Shown piece after piece: positions 10,164 to 19,190 of a stretch of 33,445 nt of DNA. Position numbers and translations under genes: made by a program. The stretch spans positions 1 to 33,445 of IMG/VR virus record IMGVR_UViG_3300045988_112031; one strand, 5' to 3'. This DNA comes from a virus (Duplodnaviria; Heunggongvirae; Uroviricota; Caudoviricetes). The notes beneath the pieces are model-generated. The model saw only the letters and a list, made by a program, of their open reading frames with translations. It ran no database searches and was not told where the DNA came from. Every line of letters begins with the position of its first letter. Within the stretch, counting starts at the first letter, position 1.

Positions 10164-10317
10164 CGGTGTTCACCTTTTTATTCACGCGCCGGATATCACC
10201 CGCTGCTTCACGGCGCAGCCAGTAGTTGTTCTCGTCAACATTTCGCCCTTCGGTGGGCAAAAGGTCACCGCGGGCAGGGTCAGGCACTGACCGCCCTTTA
10301 ACAGGTTTCACAAACAT
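10147..10317 (-). CDS. small DUF2635-like protein upstream of the tail sheath
   Basis: Hand-translated 56-aa ORF below the track size cut-off: MFVKPVKGRSVPDPARGDLLPTEGRNVDENNYWLRREAAGDIRRVNKKVNTDDDKL; the MFVKPxxG..VxDP start matches my recollection of a small family found just upstream of sheath genes in Mu-like tails. Confidence 0.45.
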   Translation of the reverse strand: MFVKPVKGRSVPDPARGDLLPTEGRNVDENNYWLRREAAGDIRRVNKKVNTDDDKL

Positions 10318-10325
10318 GAAGATTC

Positions 10326-10886
10326 TCAGGAAGGAAGGGTTATTTCGGTGTGATGTTCGATATCGCCGTCAGGCTCGTTACCGGGATCGAGATAATCAAC
10401 ATCAATCGCCAGCGTTCGCAGTTCATCCAGACTGTTCAGCTCATCCTGCTGGCGGGTATCGTCTTCGGTCAGCTCGCTGATGACCGAAAAATCGAACTGA
10501 TAAATCAGCTCATGACGATTCAGATCCAGCAGCGTGCCGCCGTCATAGGTAATCGGGTTACCGCACGCTTCCGGGTTCCAGCCCAGCAGGGCCTTAAAGA
10601 GCATCTGCCGGACATCGTCCACCACATCATACGAAGCAAACTGACCGCGCTCATCACGCCCGTTACTCAGTATGACAACCACGGAGAAGCCCTCTTTCAG
10701 CTCCTGCCAGTAGTCGGTCTGGCTTTTGTTTTCTCCCGGAGAATCATCACCCGGTACAACATATGCCGCCGGGAGTTTCAGCTTTCCGACCTCCGGCAGA
10801 TTTTTGAACTGGGCCGCGCCTGCAACCCGGTTTTCAAAATACGGACAGCGGGCACGCAGTGCAGCAATAACAGGCGTCAGTTTCAT
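10326..10886 (-). CDS. virion / tail-associated protein (Mu gp37/gp38-region-like)
   Basis: 186 aa acidic protein between the head-completion genes and the sheath; call by synteny only. Confidence 0.35.
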   Translation of the reverse strand: MKLTPVIAALRARCPYFENRVAGAAQFKNLPEVGKLKLPAAYVVPGDDSPGENKSQTDYWQELKEGFSVVVILSNGRDERGQFASYDVVDDVRQMLFKALLGWNPEACGNPITYDGGTLLDLNRHELIYQFDFSVISELTEDDTRQQDELNSLDELRTLAIDVDYLDPGNEPDGDIEHHTEITLPS

Positions 10887-11389
10887 CTGTGTCGTCGCTC
10901 CGGCTTCAGTGATTTACGCAATTCCCGCGCCAGAAAATAGCGTGTCCAACTGCGGTTCTTTTCAAGCGTTTCCACCATGAAGTTATTACGTGGAGCCAGT
11001 CGCCAGCCGCTGCCACCGGATGCACCACGATGATGGCTGCGACGACGCTTTGCCCCTCGCCTCACGCCATAGAACAAAAAAGCCGGATAAAAATCACCGG
11101 TGATACGGCGGTTTCCCTCTCCATTACGCTGGTTAGGGGCTATACGTGCCATAAAACCAGGGCGATGTTTACTGGCTCTGGGTACCATGTAACCAATCGA
11201 ACGAGCCAGGCGTCCGGTCTGATAACCGGGGTTTTCACCCGGTGCCGACCGCGCACGGCGCATCACCAGCCGACGGGCATCACGCATATGACGCTGACCA
11301 ATCGTGACAAACGCCCGCCGGACACGGGCGCGGTTAAAGCGCATCTCCGCGGGCTGCTGAAAATCAACGTGCAAAAAGGAAGTCGTCAT
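10883..11389 (-). CDS. virion morphogenesis protein (Mu G-like), arginine-rich
   Basis: 168 aa, strongly basic; position between head-tail joining protein and tail genes. Confidence 0.4.
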   Translation of the reverse strand: MTTSFLHVDFQQPAEMRFNRARVRRAFVTIGQRHMRDARRLVMRRARSAPGENPGYQTGRLARSIGYMVPRASKHRPGFMARIAPNQRNGEGNRRITGDFYPAFLFYGVRRGAKRRRSHHRGASGGSGWRLAPRNNFMVETLEKNRSWTRYFLARELRKSLKPERRHR

Positions 11390-11774
11390 TGTTGCCTCCG
11401 TGACTCTGCCTACATTCGCCCAGCTCCGTACACTCCAACAGCAGAAAGCGCCGCGCCCCGTTCAGATCGCGCTGACGTTTCACCCGGTACACACTGTCAC
11501 CGCAGACCACCTCATAATCAGCGGTGATCCCCCGGCGGTAGCGAATGGTGATGTAATGGGTGATGGCGTCTCCGGTCTGCGCGGTTTCCTGCCAGGTGGT
11601 GGCACTGGTCTGGATAACCTTCGCCCATGCCCGGAACGCAACCGGGTATTGAGGCTCCACGCCAAAGTTATCCGCGGGCATATCCACCCGCTGGCGGATC
11701 AGGACGCGTTTATTCAGCTCGCCTGGGTCAGGCAGAATGTAGGTTGCGCTGGTCTGCGCCTGACGAATTTTCAT
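11364..11774 (-). CDS. head-tail joining / head closure protein
   Basis: 136 aa; ..WAKVIQTSATTWQETAQTGDAITHYITIRYRRGI..VYRV..LLLECTE.. resembles the recalled head-tail joining family; follows the connector gene. Confidence 0.55.
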   Translation of the reverse strand: MKIRQAQTSATYILPDPGELNKRVLIRQRVDMPADNFGVEPQYPVAFRAWAKVIQTSATTWQETAQTGDAITHYITIRYRRGITADYEVVCGDSVYRVKRQRDLNGARRFLLLECTELGECRQSHGGNNDDFLFAR

Positions 11775-12094
11775 AGTGGTATAAGGCGATAAGGAGCAAC
11801 CAACCAGTTAAAGCTCATTGGCAACTCCATTTTCTCAACGTCTGTAACCGTTGAGCGGTTTTCGTAGAAATGGCTGACAAGTAGCAGGAGCGCCAGCTTC
11901 ACATCATCAGATATCACAAGCCCATCAGGATCATCCGCAGGCCTGTCATCTGCGGTTGCATACAACGTACGGTTAAGGAAGTTTTCCGTCCGACTCTGAG
12001 CGGCCTTCCCAAGTAGTTCAAGCAACTCATCTTCATCAGAGAAATCATCATCCAGACGAAGCTGAAGCTTAATCTCTTCCATTTTTAACAGCAT
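11771..12094 (-). CDS. head-tail connector protein (gp6-like)
   Basis: Track ORF 11771-12139; preferred start is the internal ATG (MLLKMEEIKLQLRLDDD..) preceded by AGGAGG; the KLQLRLD motif is typical of gp6-type connector proteins. Confidence 0.55.
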   Translation of the reverse strand: MLLKMEEIKLQLRLDDDFSDEDELLELLGKAAQSRTENFLNRTLYATADDRPADDPDGLVISDDVKLALLLLVSHFYENRSTVTDVEKMELPMSFNWLVAPYRLIPL

Positions 12095-12172
12095 AAAACC
12101 TCCTGTGCCCACCAGAACGCGGGCACAAAAAAACCGCATTACGCGGCGTGCTGTATTACGTAAAAAGACTAA

Positions 12173-13402
12173 TCAACCACCAACGCTACCTTTCCCCACC
12201 AGCGCTTTAATGGCAGAGGTGTCTTCCAGGATACAGTCAAAACGATGGAAGGCCAGAAAACCGGTCTGATCATATTCCGCGTAACGCTCAACCAGACGTT
12301 TAAGAATCATGTATCGCACACGACGGATAATGAAGCGATCAAAGTCACCACAGAACATGAATTTTTTACCCGCCCCGATATCATCAATTTCCTGATCAAT
12401 GACATACGGTACATTCAACACTGAAGCAGGTGCCACACCAACAATATCCGGCAACCATAAAGGGCGTCCCTGACCGTCTTCCATCTCACTGATCAGTTTC
12501 AGCGTATTATCGTTAAACGCCAGGCGGAATTTCGGTCCGCGACGATATGCAGGATCAATGCTGTGTTTCAGAGCCAGAATTTCCTGCCACTTCACCGCAT
12601 TTGCCGCGGCAGTCTGTGTTGTGCCGGTCACTGATGCTGCCAGCCCTTTGGGTTGTTTAGGCGTACCAGCCCCCGTCCCCTGAATCAGATAACGGGCTTC
12701 ACCACGACCAATACGTTCAGCAATGCGACGGGCAAGATAAGCTTCCATATCGATCGCACTGTCCTGCAGCAACTCATTAGACACACGAATTATTTTCGAT
12801 GTCATTTTGAGCGCCCCAAGGCTTCCCATACCGAAATCGGTGTCTTCTTCACCGGCTTCTTCATTTTCGCCCAGCAGAACACCAACTTCGGAAGTACCAT
12901 CAGCTGTTGCCCACTCCATAGTGCGACCGTCAGAAGTGGTAAGAATCTGCGCCACACTGGCGATGCCACCGTAGGATTTCATCTTCTCAACAACTTTCGC
13001 CAGGAATGTTTCTGGTACGGTATATCCGCCCTTTTCATCCTGAGCTACGCCCTGGGCACGAAGTTCACGCAACGCCTTTCGTTCTTCTGATGTCAGCTCA
13101 CTGGCACCGTGACGCATCCACTTATCAAAAACCTGAGCTCGTTTCTCATCCTGTTGTGGATTGTTTTCCGGATCAAGATTCTGACGCTGCTCTTCCTCAT
13201 TGCTTTCAATGTACGCCTGATCCTGACGACGTAGTTCTTCTTCGCGTGCAATTCGTTCATCAAGAGCTTCCAGTTCGGATTTTGCTTTGTTCCACTCAGT
13301 GCGCTGCTCTTCCGTCCATGCGTTATCACCAATTTTTTCATTCAGGGCGCGCATGTCAGTTGCGATAGTATTACGTTTCTGTTTCAGTTCATGCAGTTTC
13401 AT
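12173..13402 (-). CDS. major capsid protein, HK97 family (with N-terminal scaffold-like coiled coil)
   Basis: 409 aa; charged coiled-coil N-terminus then capsid fold region; follows the prohead protease as in HK97. Confidence 0.85.
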   Translation of the reverse strand: MKLHELKQKRNTIATDMRALNEKIGDNAWTEEQRTEWNKAKSELEALDERIAREEELRRQDQAYIESNEEEQRQNLDPENNPQQDEKRAQVFDKWMRHGASELTSEERKALRELRAQGVAQDEKGGYTVPETFLAKVVEKMKSYGGIASVAQILTTSDGRTMEWATADGTSEVGVLLGENEEAGEEDTDFGMGSLGALKMTSKIIRVSNELLQDSAIDMEAYLARRIAERIGRGEARYLIQGTGAGTPKQPKGLAASVTGTTQTAAANAVKWQEILALKHSIDPAYRRGPKFRLAFNDNTLKLISEMEDGQGRPLWLPDIVGVAPASVLNVPYVIDQEIDDIGAGKKFMFCGDFDRFIIRRVRYMILKRLVERYAEYDQTGFLAFHRFDCILEDTSAIKALVGKGSVGG

Positions 13403-13412
13403 GATGTTTCCT

Positions 13413-14015
13413 TTACGCGTTAAGAAGGGTCAGGACGCGTTCACGCGCCATACGTTGATTAATGGCTTTCTGTAGCGCGCCGCTGTTGCGCGCCTCCTGC
13501 CATGCTTTCATGGAGCGAACAGCCGAGTCAGCCTCCTGATAGGCAGGATATGTCACAGGACTTACATCCAGCAGACGGGAAAAGCGGGTTATCTCGCGAA
13601 TAACAACCCCGTCCTCATCCTGATACCACTCCTCGCCGTCACGGGCGACACGGAAAGCAAAAGATGACTGGTTAATATCTCCACGTTGCATCGGGGCCAG
13701 CACCAGATCACGAATGGTCTGTGTCTCCGGAGCCTGGATGTCATAGCGCAATCCGCGCTCATCAACTGAAAGATTCAGCGTGCCTGCTGCACTACGCCCA
13801 AGAATAAAATTAGGATCGTGGTTAAACAGTGCGCGTACATCATCACCAAGCACATCGTCAAAAGCGCCGGGCCGGATGATTTCGCGGAATGAACCAAATA
13901 TCAGCTCAGAACGACAGTCAAACACCGATCCATAACCGATAATGTGCGCAGGGTTATCGTCATGCCGCTCAGCACGCACCTCACCGCTGTAACAACGGAT
14001 TTCACGGTCATTCAT
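13413..14015 (-). CDS. prohead protease (HK97 gp4 family)
   Basis: Track ORF 13413-14072; likely start at the internal Met (MNDREIRCYSGEV..) preceded by GAGGGA; between portal and capsid. Confidence 0.75.
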   Translation of the reverse strand: MNDREIRCYSGEVRAERHDDNPAHIIGYGSVFDCRSELIFGSFREIIRPGAFDDVLGDDVRALFNHDPNFILGRSAAGTLNLSVDERGLRYDIQAPETQTIRDLVLAPMQRGDINQSSFAFRVARDGEEWYQDEDGVVIREITRFSRLLDVSPVTYPAYQEADSAVRSMKAWQEARNSGALQKAINQRMARERVLTLLNA

Positions 14016-15234
14016 TGGTTTTTCCCTCATCATTTTTTGGGGGCTTAAAATCTCCTGCCGGGTTAGCAGCATTCACGCTTACCAGCATCTCATCCAGCCC
14101 TTCAACCGGATTCATATCCTCGAATGCGCGGGCCTCATTACGGCTCATCCATCCATCGGTAATAGCGAAGTGATAGAATTGCGCGCGCTCCTGCGGAGTT
14201 CCGCGTAAAAGCCCCGTCAGATTGAACCTGACGTAATACCCGGCGGCTAACTCAGCGCGGGTAAACAAGCGACGGTTAAGCTCCTGCTCCCAGTTCGTCA
14301 CCCACGGCATCATCGTGTAGCGGACAAACTGAATCGCCTGCGCAGAAATATTGGAGAAGGTGGCTTTTTCGAGGTCATTAATCATGTGCGCAGGAATATT
14401 GAAAATACCGGCAATCATTGAACGGTTCAGTTTCATCATGTCAATGATCTGAGCGTCAACTGGCGACACAGTCAGTGCCTTGTAATCCAGATCGGCTGGC
14501 AGCAGCATGGTTTTGTTTTCCTGGCTGCGTAACGCCTGCGATGCCTTCTGCCACTGATCTTTAAGCCAGCCCCAACTGTCCTTATTGAGTCCGCTTTTAA
14601 CGGATACTATCCCCGCCGGACGGGCATTACCGCTGAAGAAGCTTTCTGTGTATTTCTGACCGCTCATCCCCATGCCTATTGTTTCGGCATGTTGCATAAT
14701 CGGACTCAGCCCCATCTTCTGATTATTACCCAGCGCACGGATGTGGATCATATCGTCGGGGCTGATCGCAAACGCCCCATATTCGTTGTACAAACCGTAG
14801 GTGTATCGGCCACCAGTATTCATCAGCGTCGTTTCCCACGGCATACAGCAATCCAGGGATATGACTTCACCGCGACGATTACGTTTCACCCAGGTATACC
14901 CATTCCCCCAGCCAAGGATGTGACGTTGCTTCAGTTCGCGCCATTTGTAACTGGTTTGCCAGGTATTGGGCTCATCATGAACCAGATAAAACGCCGGATG
15001 ATCGCGTGCGGGCTCAACCTTCCCATTGTGCCTGCGCATAACATGCAACGGCATCTGGGCAAGGCTGGAAGACAGGACATAGATACAGGAATACACCGCA
15101 GCCAGTTTCATCGCAGTTTCAGGACTGACATAAACGTCTGCCCGGAACAGCCCATCAGTATCAACGGCATCCCCGGTTATCGGGGTGGAAGGATTCTCCA
15201 GTGATTTACTTCTGAACAGAGCATCAAGCAGCAC
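14008..15234 (-). CDS. portal protein, HK97 family
   Basis: 408 aa downstream of terminase large subunit; GTG start with AGGGGG Shine-Dalgarno. Confidence 0.85.
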   Translation of the reverse strand: MLLDALFRSKSLENPSTPITGDAVDTDGLFRADVYVSPETAMKLAAVYSCIYVLSSSLAQMPLHVMRRHNGKVEPARDHPAFYLVHDEPNTWQTSYKWRELKQRHILGWGNGYTWVKRNRRGEVISLDCCMPWETTLMNTGGRYTYGLYNEYGAFAISPDDMIHIRALGNNQKMGLSPIMQHAETIGMGMSGQKYTESFFSGNARPAGIVSVKSGLNKDSWGWLKDQWQKASQALRSQENKTMLLPADLDYKALTVSPVDAQIIDMMKLNRSMIAGIFNIPAHMINDLEKATFSNISAQAIQFVRYTMMPWVTNWEQELNRRLFTRAELAAGYYVRFNLTGLLRGTPQERAQFYHFAITDGWMSRNEARAFEDMNPVEGLDEMLVSVNAANPAGDFKPPKNDEGKTNE

Positions 15235-15385
15235 GCGTCCCCCTTCTGGCCATAGCCAGTGCGCCCACCAGCAGTAAACCGCCGGACAGCATCAGAGCCG
15301 GAGCCATACCAAACTGCAGGTAAAACCCGCACGTAAGCAGGCCAAAACCAGCCAGCCCGATAACATCAGCAATTAGTGATTTCAT
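15224..15385 (-). CDS. small hydrophobic protein (two predicted TM helices), unannotated
   Basis: Hand-translated 53-aa [56 protein letters not shown]; its ATG overlaps the TerL stop (ATGA) and its 3' end overlaps the portal start. Confidence 0.3.
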   Translation of the reverse strand: MKSLIADVIGLAGFGLLTCGFYLQFGMAPALMLSGGLLLVGALAMARRGTRAA

Positions 15386-17115
15386 AGAATTAAGAGAGCA
15401 TCGTCCGGATCAAGAGATGAGAGGAAATCGTCGGGTTCTTTGAGCATTGCCCGACCGATCGCCATAATCAGTGCAACCGCACCATCGATTTTGTTTTCCG
15501 CCTGCTCCTTGACAGGCTTCACCACATCATCGTTACCCGGAATGGTTTTGCCGACCACGTTGCCGATACACCAGGTCATGATGGGATTGCCGTCATGATG
15601 AAAGCGCCCCGATTCAATCGCCGCTTCCAGCTCTTTCATCGGATCGGACATGTTGGTGTAGTTCTGAATGATGGTGATGGGGTTCAGGTCTTCATCAGCA
15701 AGGTCATGCGACAGCCCGGTCGCCCCGAAGGGGTCGATGGGTGACTCACTGACCGGGCTGATTTTGTTCGCCGCTTTGGCCTCCTCGAGGATGTAGCGAT
15801 AATCCACCTCCGCACCAGCGGTAACAGTCAGAACGCCCATTTCCACCCATTTCTGAAAGCGTTCGGCTGTCCGGCGATCTTCATTTTTCTCGACGCTGTA
15901 CACCGTGTCATACGGTACCCAGAAACGCGGGGCCACACTGTAGTAATGCGTTTTACCGTCAATCTCGCGGGTATAAAGTCGCGCCATGCTGTTCATATCC
16001 AGCTTACGCGCCAGGTCAAAGGCCAGAATGCACGGCTGCCCCTCGAACTGCTCAAGGGTCAGTGATTTATCCTCGCAGCTCTGCCAGCTCACCAGGTTGA
16101 AATACGCCGAACGCGCCGACACCCAGATATTGAGGTGTTTTGTTTTAAAGACGTTTGCCAGACGGGCGTTATTTTTCGCACGCTGCTGCTGACTTAACAA
16201 AAATTCGCGATAAACCGACACGCCAATATTTGGATTGGCTTTTTCCAGCACCTGCGGGTCGGTCCAGTCGTCACCTTCATCAATGGTATAGATGATCCCG
16301 AACAGTTCATCGTTGGGTACCGAACCGTTGAGCATCTCGATAACTTCCCGCCGCTTGTCGTAGCACGGCCCCTCAATGTTGTACCCGGCGGTGGTGATGG
16401 CCCACATCAGTGGCTGACGTCGCGCCCCCATCCCGGTAAGCATCGTGGTATAAAGCGCATCGGTGGCGTGCTCGTGATATTCATCCACCACCGCACAGTG
16501 GGGTGATGAACCATCACCAGGGTTACCGATCAGCGGTTCAAACCGCGCACCATCCTCCGGACGGTTCATGTTTGAGGCGTTAACCTCAATCCCGAACGCT
16601 TCCGTCAGCATGGGTGTGCGTTTACACATCAGTCGTGCCGGACGAAAGACTTCCCATGCCTGTTTCTCCGTCGTGGCACCGGAATACACTTCCGCGCCGA
16701 ACTCGTTATCACAGGCAAAACAATACAGGGCAACACCGGCAGAGATTGCCGATTTGCCGTTCTTACGGGGGATTTCGGTATACACCTCCCGGAAGCGGCG
16801 CAGCCGGGAGCCTTTATTGACCCAGCCAAACGCGCAGCAGATCACAAAGAGCTGCCACGGCTCCAGCGTGATGGGCATCCGTTTGAATGCCCACTCACCC
16901 TTGGTGTGCGGCAACAGCTGAATAAATTTCGCGGCCCGTTCAGCCAAGTCCTTGTCGAAGCGGTAACGAAACGACTTACTTTTTTCCGCCATCAGGTCAT
17001 CAAGATGGCGCTGGCAGGCCTGAATCACAAACTGGCAGGCCACAATCTTTCCGCGCACGACATCACGGGCATACTGATTGGCTGCATTTACGTTGGGGTA
17101 AGATTTCCGGCTCAT
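15382..17115 (-). CDS. terL: terminase large subunit
   Basis: 577 aa; Walker A-like [11 protein letters not shown]; follows the small subunit with a 4-nt overlap. Confidence 0.9.
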   Translation of the reverse strand: MSRKSYPNVNAANQYARDVVRGKIVACQFVIQACQRHLDDLMAEKSKSFRYRFDKDLAERAAKFIQLLPHTKGEWAFKRMPITLEPWQLFVICCAFGWVNKGSRLRRFREVYTEIPRKNGKSAISAGVALYCFACDNEFGAEVYSGATTEKQAWEVFRPARLMCKRTPMLTEAFGIEVNASNMNRPEDGARFEPLIGNPGDGSSPHCAVVDEYHEHATDALYTTMLTGMGARRQPLMWAITTAGYNIEGPCYDKRREVIEMLNGSVPNDELFGIIYTIDEGDDWTDPQVLEKANPNIGVSVYREFLLSQQQRAKNNARLANVFKTKHLNIWVSARSAYFNLVSWQSCEDKSLTLEQFEGQPCILAFDLARKLDMNSMARLYTREIDGKTHYYSVAPRFWVPYDTVYSVEKNEDRRTAERFQKWVEMGVLTVTAGAEVDYRYILEEAKAANKISPVSESPIDPFGATGLSHDLADEDLNPITIIQNYTNMSDPMKELEAAIESGRFHHDGNPIMTWCIGNVVGKTIPGNDDVVKPVKEQAENKIDGAVALIMAIGRAMLKEPDDFLSSLDPDDALLIL

Positions 17116-17606
17116 GATTCGATAATTTTCAGAAACGGGTTAGTGGCTTTCTTCTGCCCCGCCAGGCCAATCAGACGCTGGCGGCTGCTGGGGTCGAGTC
17201 CGAGCATTGCCCCCGTGCTGCTCATCTCGGACTCCTGTTCTTTCTTGGCGGTCAGCTCCGGATTTTTGACCATACCGCCCATTGCACCGGTGATGGTGTT
17301 GCCCTGGCTGGCAATATTTTTCACGGCACGTCGCCAGAACTCATAGGCAACGCACCACCGCTCAAGCACCGCGAGGTCAGTCACGCACAGCAGGCCCTGA
17401 CCGCAGAGTTCTTTGGTTGTCAGTAGCCACATGATCGTGGCGAGAGGGAGATTTTCTTCTGCGAACCACTCCGGTGGCTCAACGCCTTTGATGGGCGTAA
17501 AAACAGGTTCATCTTTGTTCAGGGCTCGCTTGCCGGGGTTTCCGGCCAGCGCCTTGCGCGCCGTTGGCTTGGGGCGACGCCCGGAACGCCCCGCCGTTCC
17601 AGCCAT
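17112..17606 (-). CDS. terS: terminase small subunit (P27 / HK97-like family)
   Basis: Track ORF 17112-17615 (GTG start); an ATG three codons in has a well-spaced AGGAG Shine-Dalgarno; basic N-terminus; directly upstream of TerL. Confidence 0.75.
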   Translation of the reverse strand: MAGTAGRSGRRPKPTARKALAGNPGKRALNKDEPVFTPIKGVEPPEWFAEENLPLATIMWLLTTKELCGQGLLCVTDLAVLERWCVAYEFWRRAVKNIASQGNTITGAMGGMVKNPELTAKKEQESEMSSTGAMLGLDPSSRQRLIGLAGQKKATNPFLKIIES

Positions 17607-17639
17607 ATGCGGCACTCCTGGTTAAATTTCATTTTTCGC

Positions 17640-17731
17640 GGGTATAAAAAAACGATGGGGCGGGCAGTCCGGAAGACGTCAGGTCACAGGGATTTGACCC
17701 GCCCCTCCCCTCAGACAGTTGAGAATTATTA
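17640..17731. other. GC-rich structured intergenic segment between HNH and terS: candidate cos region and/or terminator
   Basis: 8-bp GC inverted repeat GGGGCGGG / CCCGCCCC enclosing about 33 bp, followed on the minus strand by a run of T; G-rich tracts. In HK97-like phages cos lies between the HNH gene and terS. Confidence 0.35.
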
Positions 17732-18082
17732 TCACTTTAGCCGTTCACGGGCCGTCTTCGCCTTGTGGCACGGCCAGCACAGACTCTGCAGATTACTGTC
17801 GGCATCAGTGCCGCCATGTGCTTTAGGGATGATGTGGTCAACGGTTTTCGCCTCACGCACCACACCAGCACGCAGACATAACTGACACAGGCCTTTGTCA
17901 CGCTTCAATATGCGCGCGCGGATACTGTCCCACTTCGAACCGTAGCCGCGCTGATGACGGGATTGTCCAGGTTTGTATTGCTTCCAGCCTTCGCTTTTGT
18001 GGCTTTCGCAATAGCCTGACGGGTCAGTGGTGGTATGGCGGCAGCCGCGAACACGGCAGGCTTTTGGGGTTCGTTGCGGAAT
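17732..18082 (-). CDS. HNH endonuclease (terminase-associated), no canonical start codon
   Basis: Hand translation: ..PQRTPKACRVRGCRHTTTDPSGYCESHKSEGWKQYKPGQSRHQRGYGSKWDSIRARILKRDKGLCQLCLRAGVVREAKTVDHIIPKAHGGTDADSNLQSLCWPCHKAKTARERLK*. HNH motif is DHIIPKAHGG..N..LCWPCH. A perfect AGGAGG sits 6 nt before an in-frame ATT; there is no ATG/GTG upstream (first canonical start is an internal TTG giving 58 aa), so the ORF track missed it. Confidence 0.65.
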   Translation of the reverse strand: MPQRTPKACRVRGCRHTTTDPSGYCESHKSEGWKQYKPGQSRHQRGYGSKWDSIRARILKRDKGLCQLCLRAGVVREAKTVDHIIPKAHGGTDADSNLQSLCWPCHKAKTARERLK

Positions 18083-18239
18083 GTTATTCCTCCTGTGTAA
18101 TTACTGATTTCATTAATGTAATATATTGTATTGTAAGAAAAATTTGTTTTTTTACAGTGATATATTTTTATAGAAGACTATTCGCTCAAGGTGCATTAAG
18201 ATTAATCTCACCCCCACGAAGAACGTTAAGGATAAGAAG

Positions 18240-18578
18240 ATGATAAAAATGATTAACTGTACTGCTTCCAATTGTGGCGTTGGATACGTTTTTGGCAAAG
18301 GCGTTGATGCTGAGCTAATCAATAGTCACGCAAGAGCATGTAAAATCGGCTTTGTGCAAGCAGGGAATGAAAAAGAATGGTCAATACTGTTGGAAAAGTT
18401 GCTAACCAAAAAAGCTGATTTTGAGTCTTTACTGACTGTATGTGAAACTGTTAATTCAGAAGATAAAAAAAACGTCATATCCAAGTCCAATTTATTTGAA
18501 TATTTATCTCATTTTGCAAATGCTACAACTGTTTATACCTTTCTCGAGGGGTTAGTGAACTCTCTTTTAGCCAAATAA
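18240..18578 (+). CDS. moron-encoded hypothetical protein (112 aa), opposite strand to the late operon
   Basis: AT-rich cassette; AAGGA Shine-Dalgarno about 9 nt upstream; AT-rich upstream region; followed by a hairpin terminator. No family recognised. Confidence 0.55.
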   Translation: MIKMINCTASNCGVGYVFGKGVDAELINSHARACKIGFVQAGNEKEWSILLEKLLTKKADFESLLTVCETVNSEDKKNVISKSNLFEYLSHFANATTVYTFLEGLVNSLLAK

Positions 18579-18620
18579 TCACCATTTAGAATACAACTGG
18601 GTTTAAAAATAATTATAATT

Positions 18621-18676
18621 AAAAAGCTATACACCTACTTAAAAGAGTCATTATATTTGTGTATAGCTCGTTTTTC
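18621..18676. terminator. bidirectional hairpin terminator between the convergent moron and spanin genes
   Basis: 10-bp inverted repeat AGCTATACAC / GTGTATAGCT with a roughly 24-nt loop, flanked by an A-run 5' and a T-run 3' (serves both strands). Coordinates approximate. Confidence 0.5.
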
Positions 18677-18913
18677 TTCATGCCTTCTAATATGAGACTT
18701 ATCTAAATTACAACTCCCTAACGCGGACAACAGTTTTACATTCAAATCCAAACTTTCACCATACGTCAGCGGATTGGGTATAAAAGGTACTGGAGTATCA
18801 GAAGTCAGGCTGGTTGGCAGTAGTACCGCCGGTGTATTCACGTAAACTGTCCGCGTACTTCCGCAACCGGTCAGCAGCGGTAGCAGGCACAGGACGTGAA
18901 GCGCAATCATCAT
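18635..18913 (-). CDS. o-spanin (Rz1-like outer-membrane lipoprotein), overlapping Rz in the +1 frame
   Basis: Track ORF 18635-18979; the internal Met gives MMIALHVLCLLPLLTGC with an LTGC lipobox, then a Pro-rich region; begins inside Rz and runs about 160 nt past the Rz stop into the AT-rich insert. Confidence 0.5.
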   Translation of the reverse strand: MMIALHVLCLLPLLTGCGSTRTVYVNTPAVLLPTSLTSDTPVPFIPNPLTYGESLDLNVKLLSALGSCNLDKSHIRRHEEKRAIHKYNDSFK

Positions 18914-19190
18914 TCGCAATAGCCACTTTGATATCTTCCTGGGTTCTCTGTGACTCCAGTGCGATCTGCTGTTTTGCATGTTGATTCGCCTCCTGAATGA
19001 TGTTCGTTATTGCCATAGTACGCAGAACATTCTCGGTGATAGCCTCAGTAGAATCAGCTCGCTGTTCCGCAGCGTCAGCACGCTTCTGCTCCTCCAGAAA
19101 CTTTCCATAATAGTGATTCGCTGACCAGACAAGACCACCAGCAACACAAGCAATAAACGTTAAAATGAGCGCCAAATAACTTATCTTCAT
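18798..19190 (-). CDS. i-spanin (Rz-like)
   Basis: 130 aa; N-terminal TM helix then coiled-coil-like region; immediately downstream of the endolysin. Confidence 0.65.
   Translation of the reverse strand: MKISYLALILTFIACVAGGLVWSANHYYGKFLEEQKRADAAEQRADSTEAITENVLRTMAITNIIQEANQHAKQQIALESQRTQEDIKVAIANDDCASRPVPATAADRLRKYADSLREYTGGTTANQPDF

Noticed and set aside
17607-17885. Plus-strand ORF (92 aa) between terS and the AT-rich moron
   Set aside because: It overlaps the HNH endonuclease gene on the opposite strand, whose HNH motif is unambiguous; the plus ORF is Arg/Ser-rich and has no convincing ribosome-binding site.
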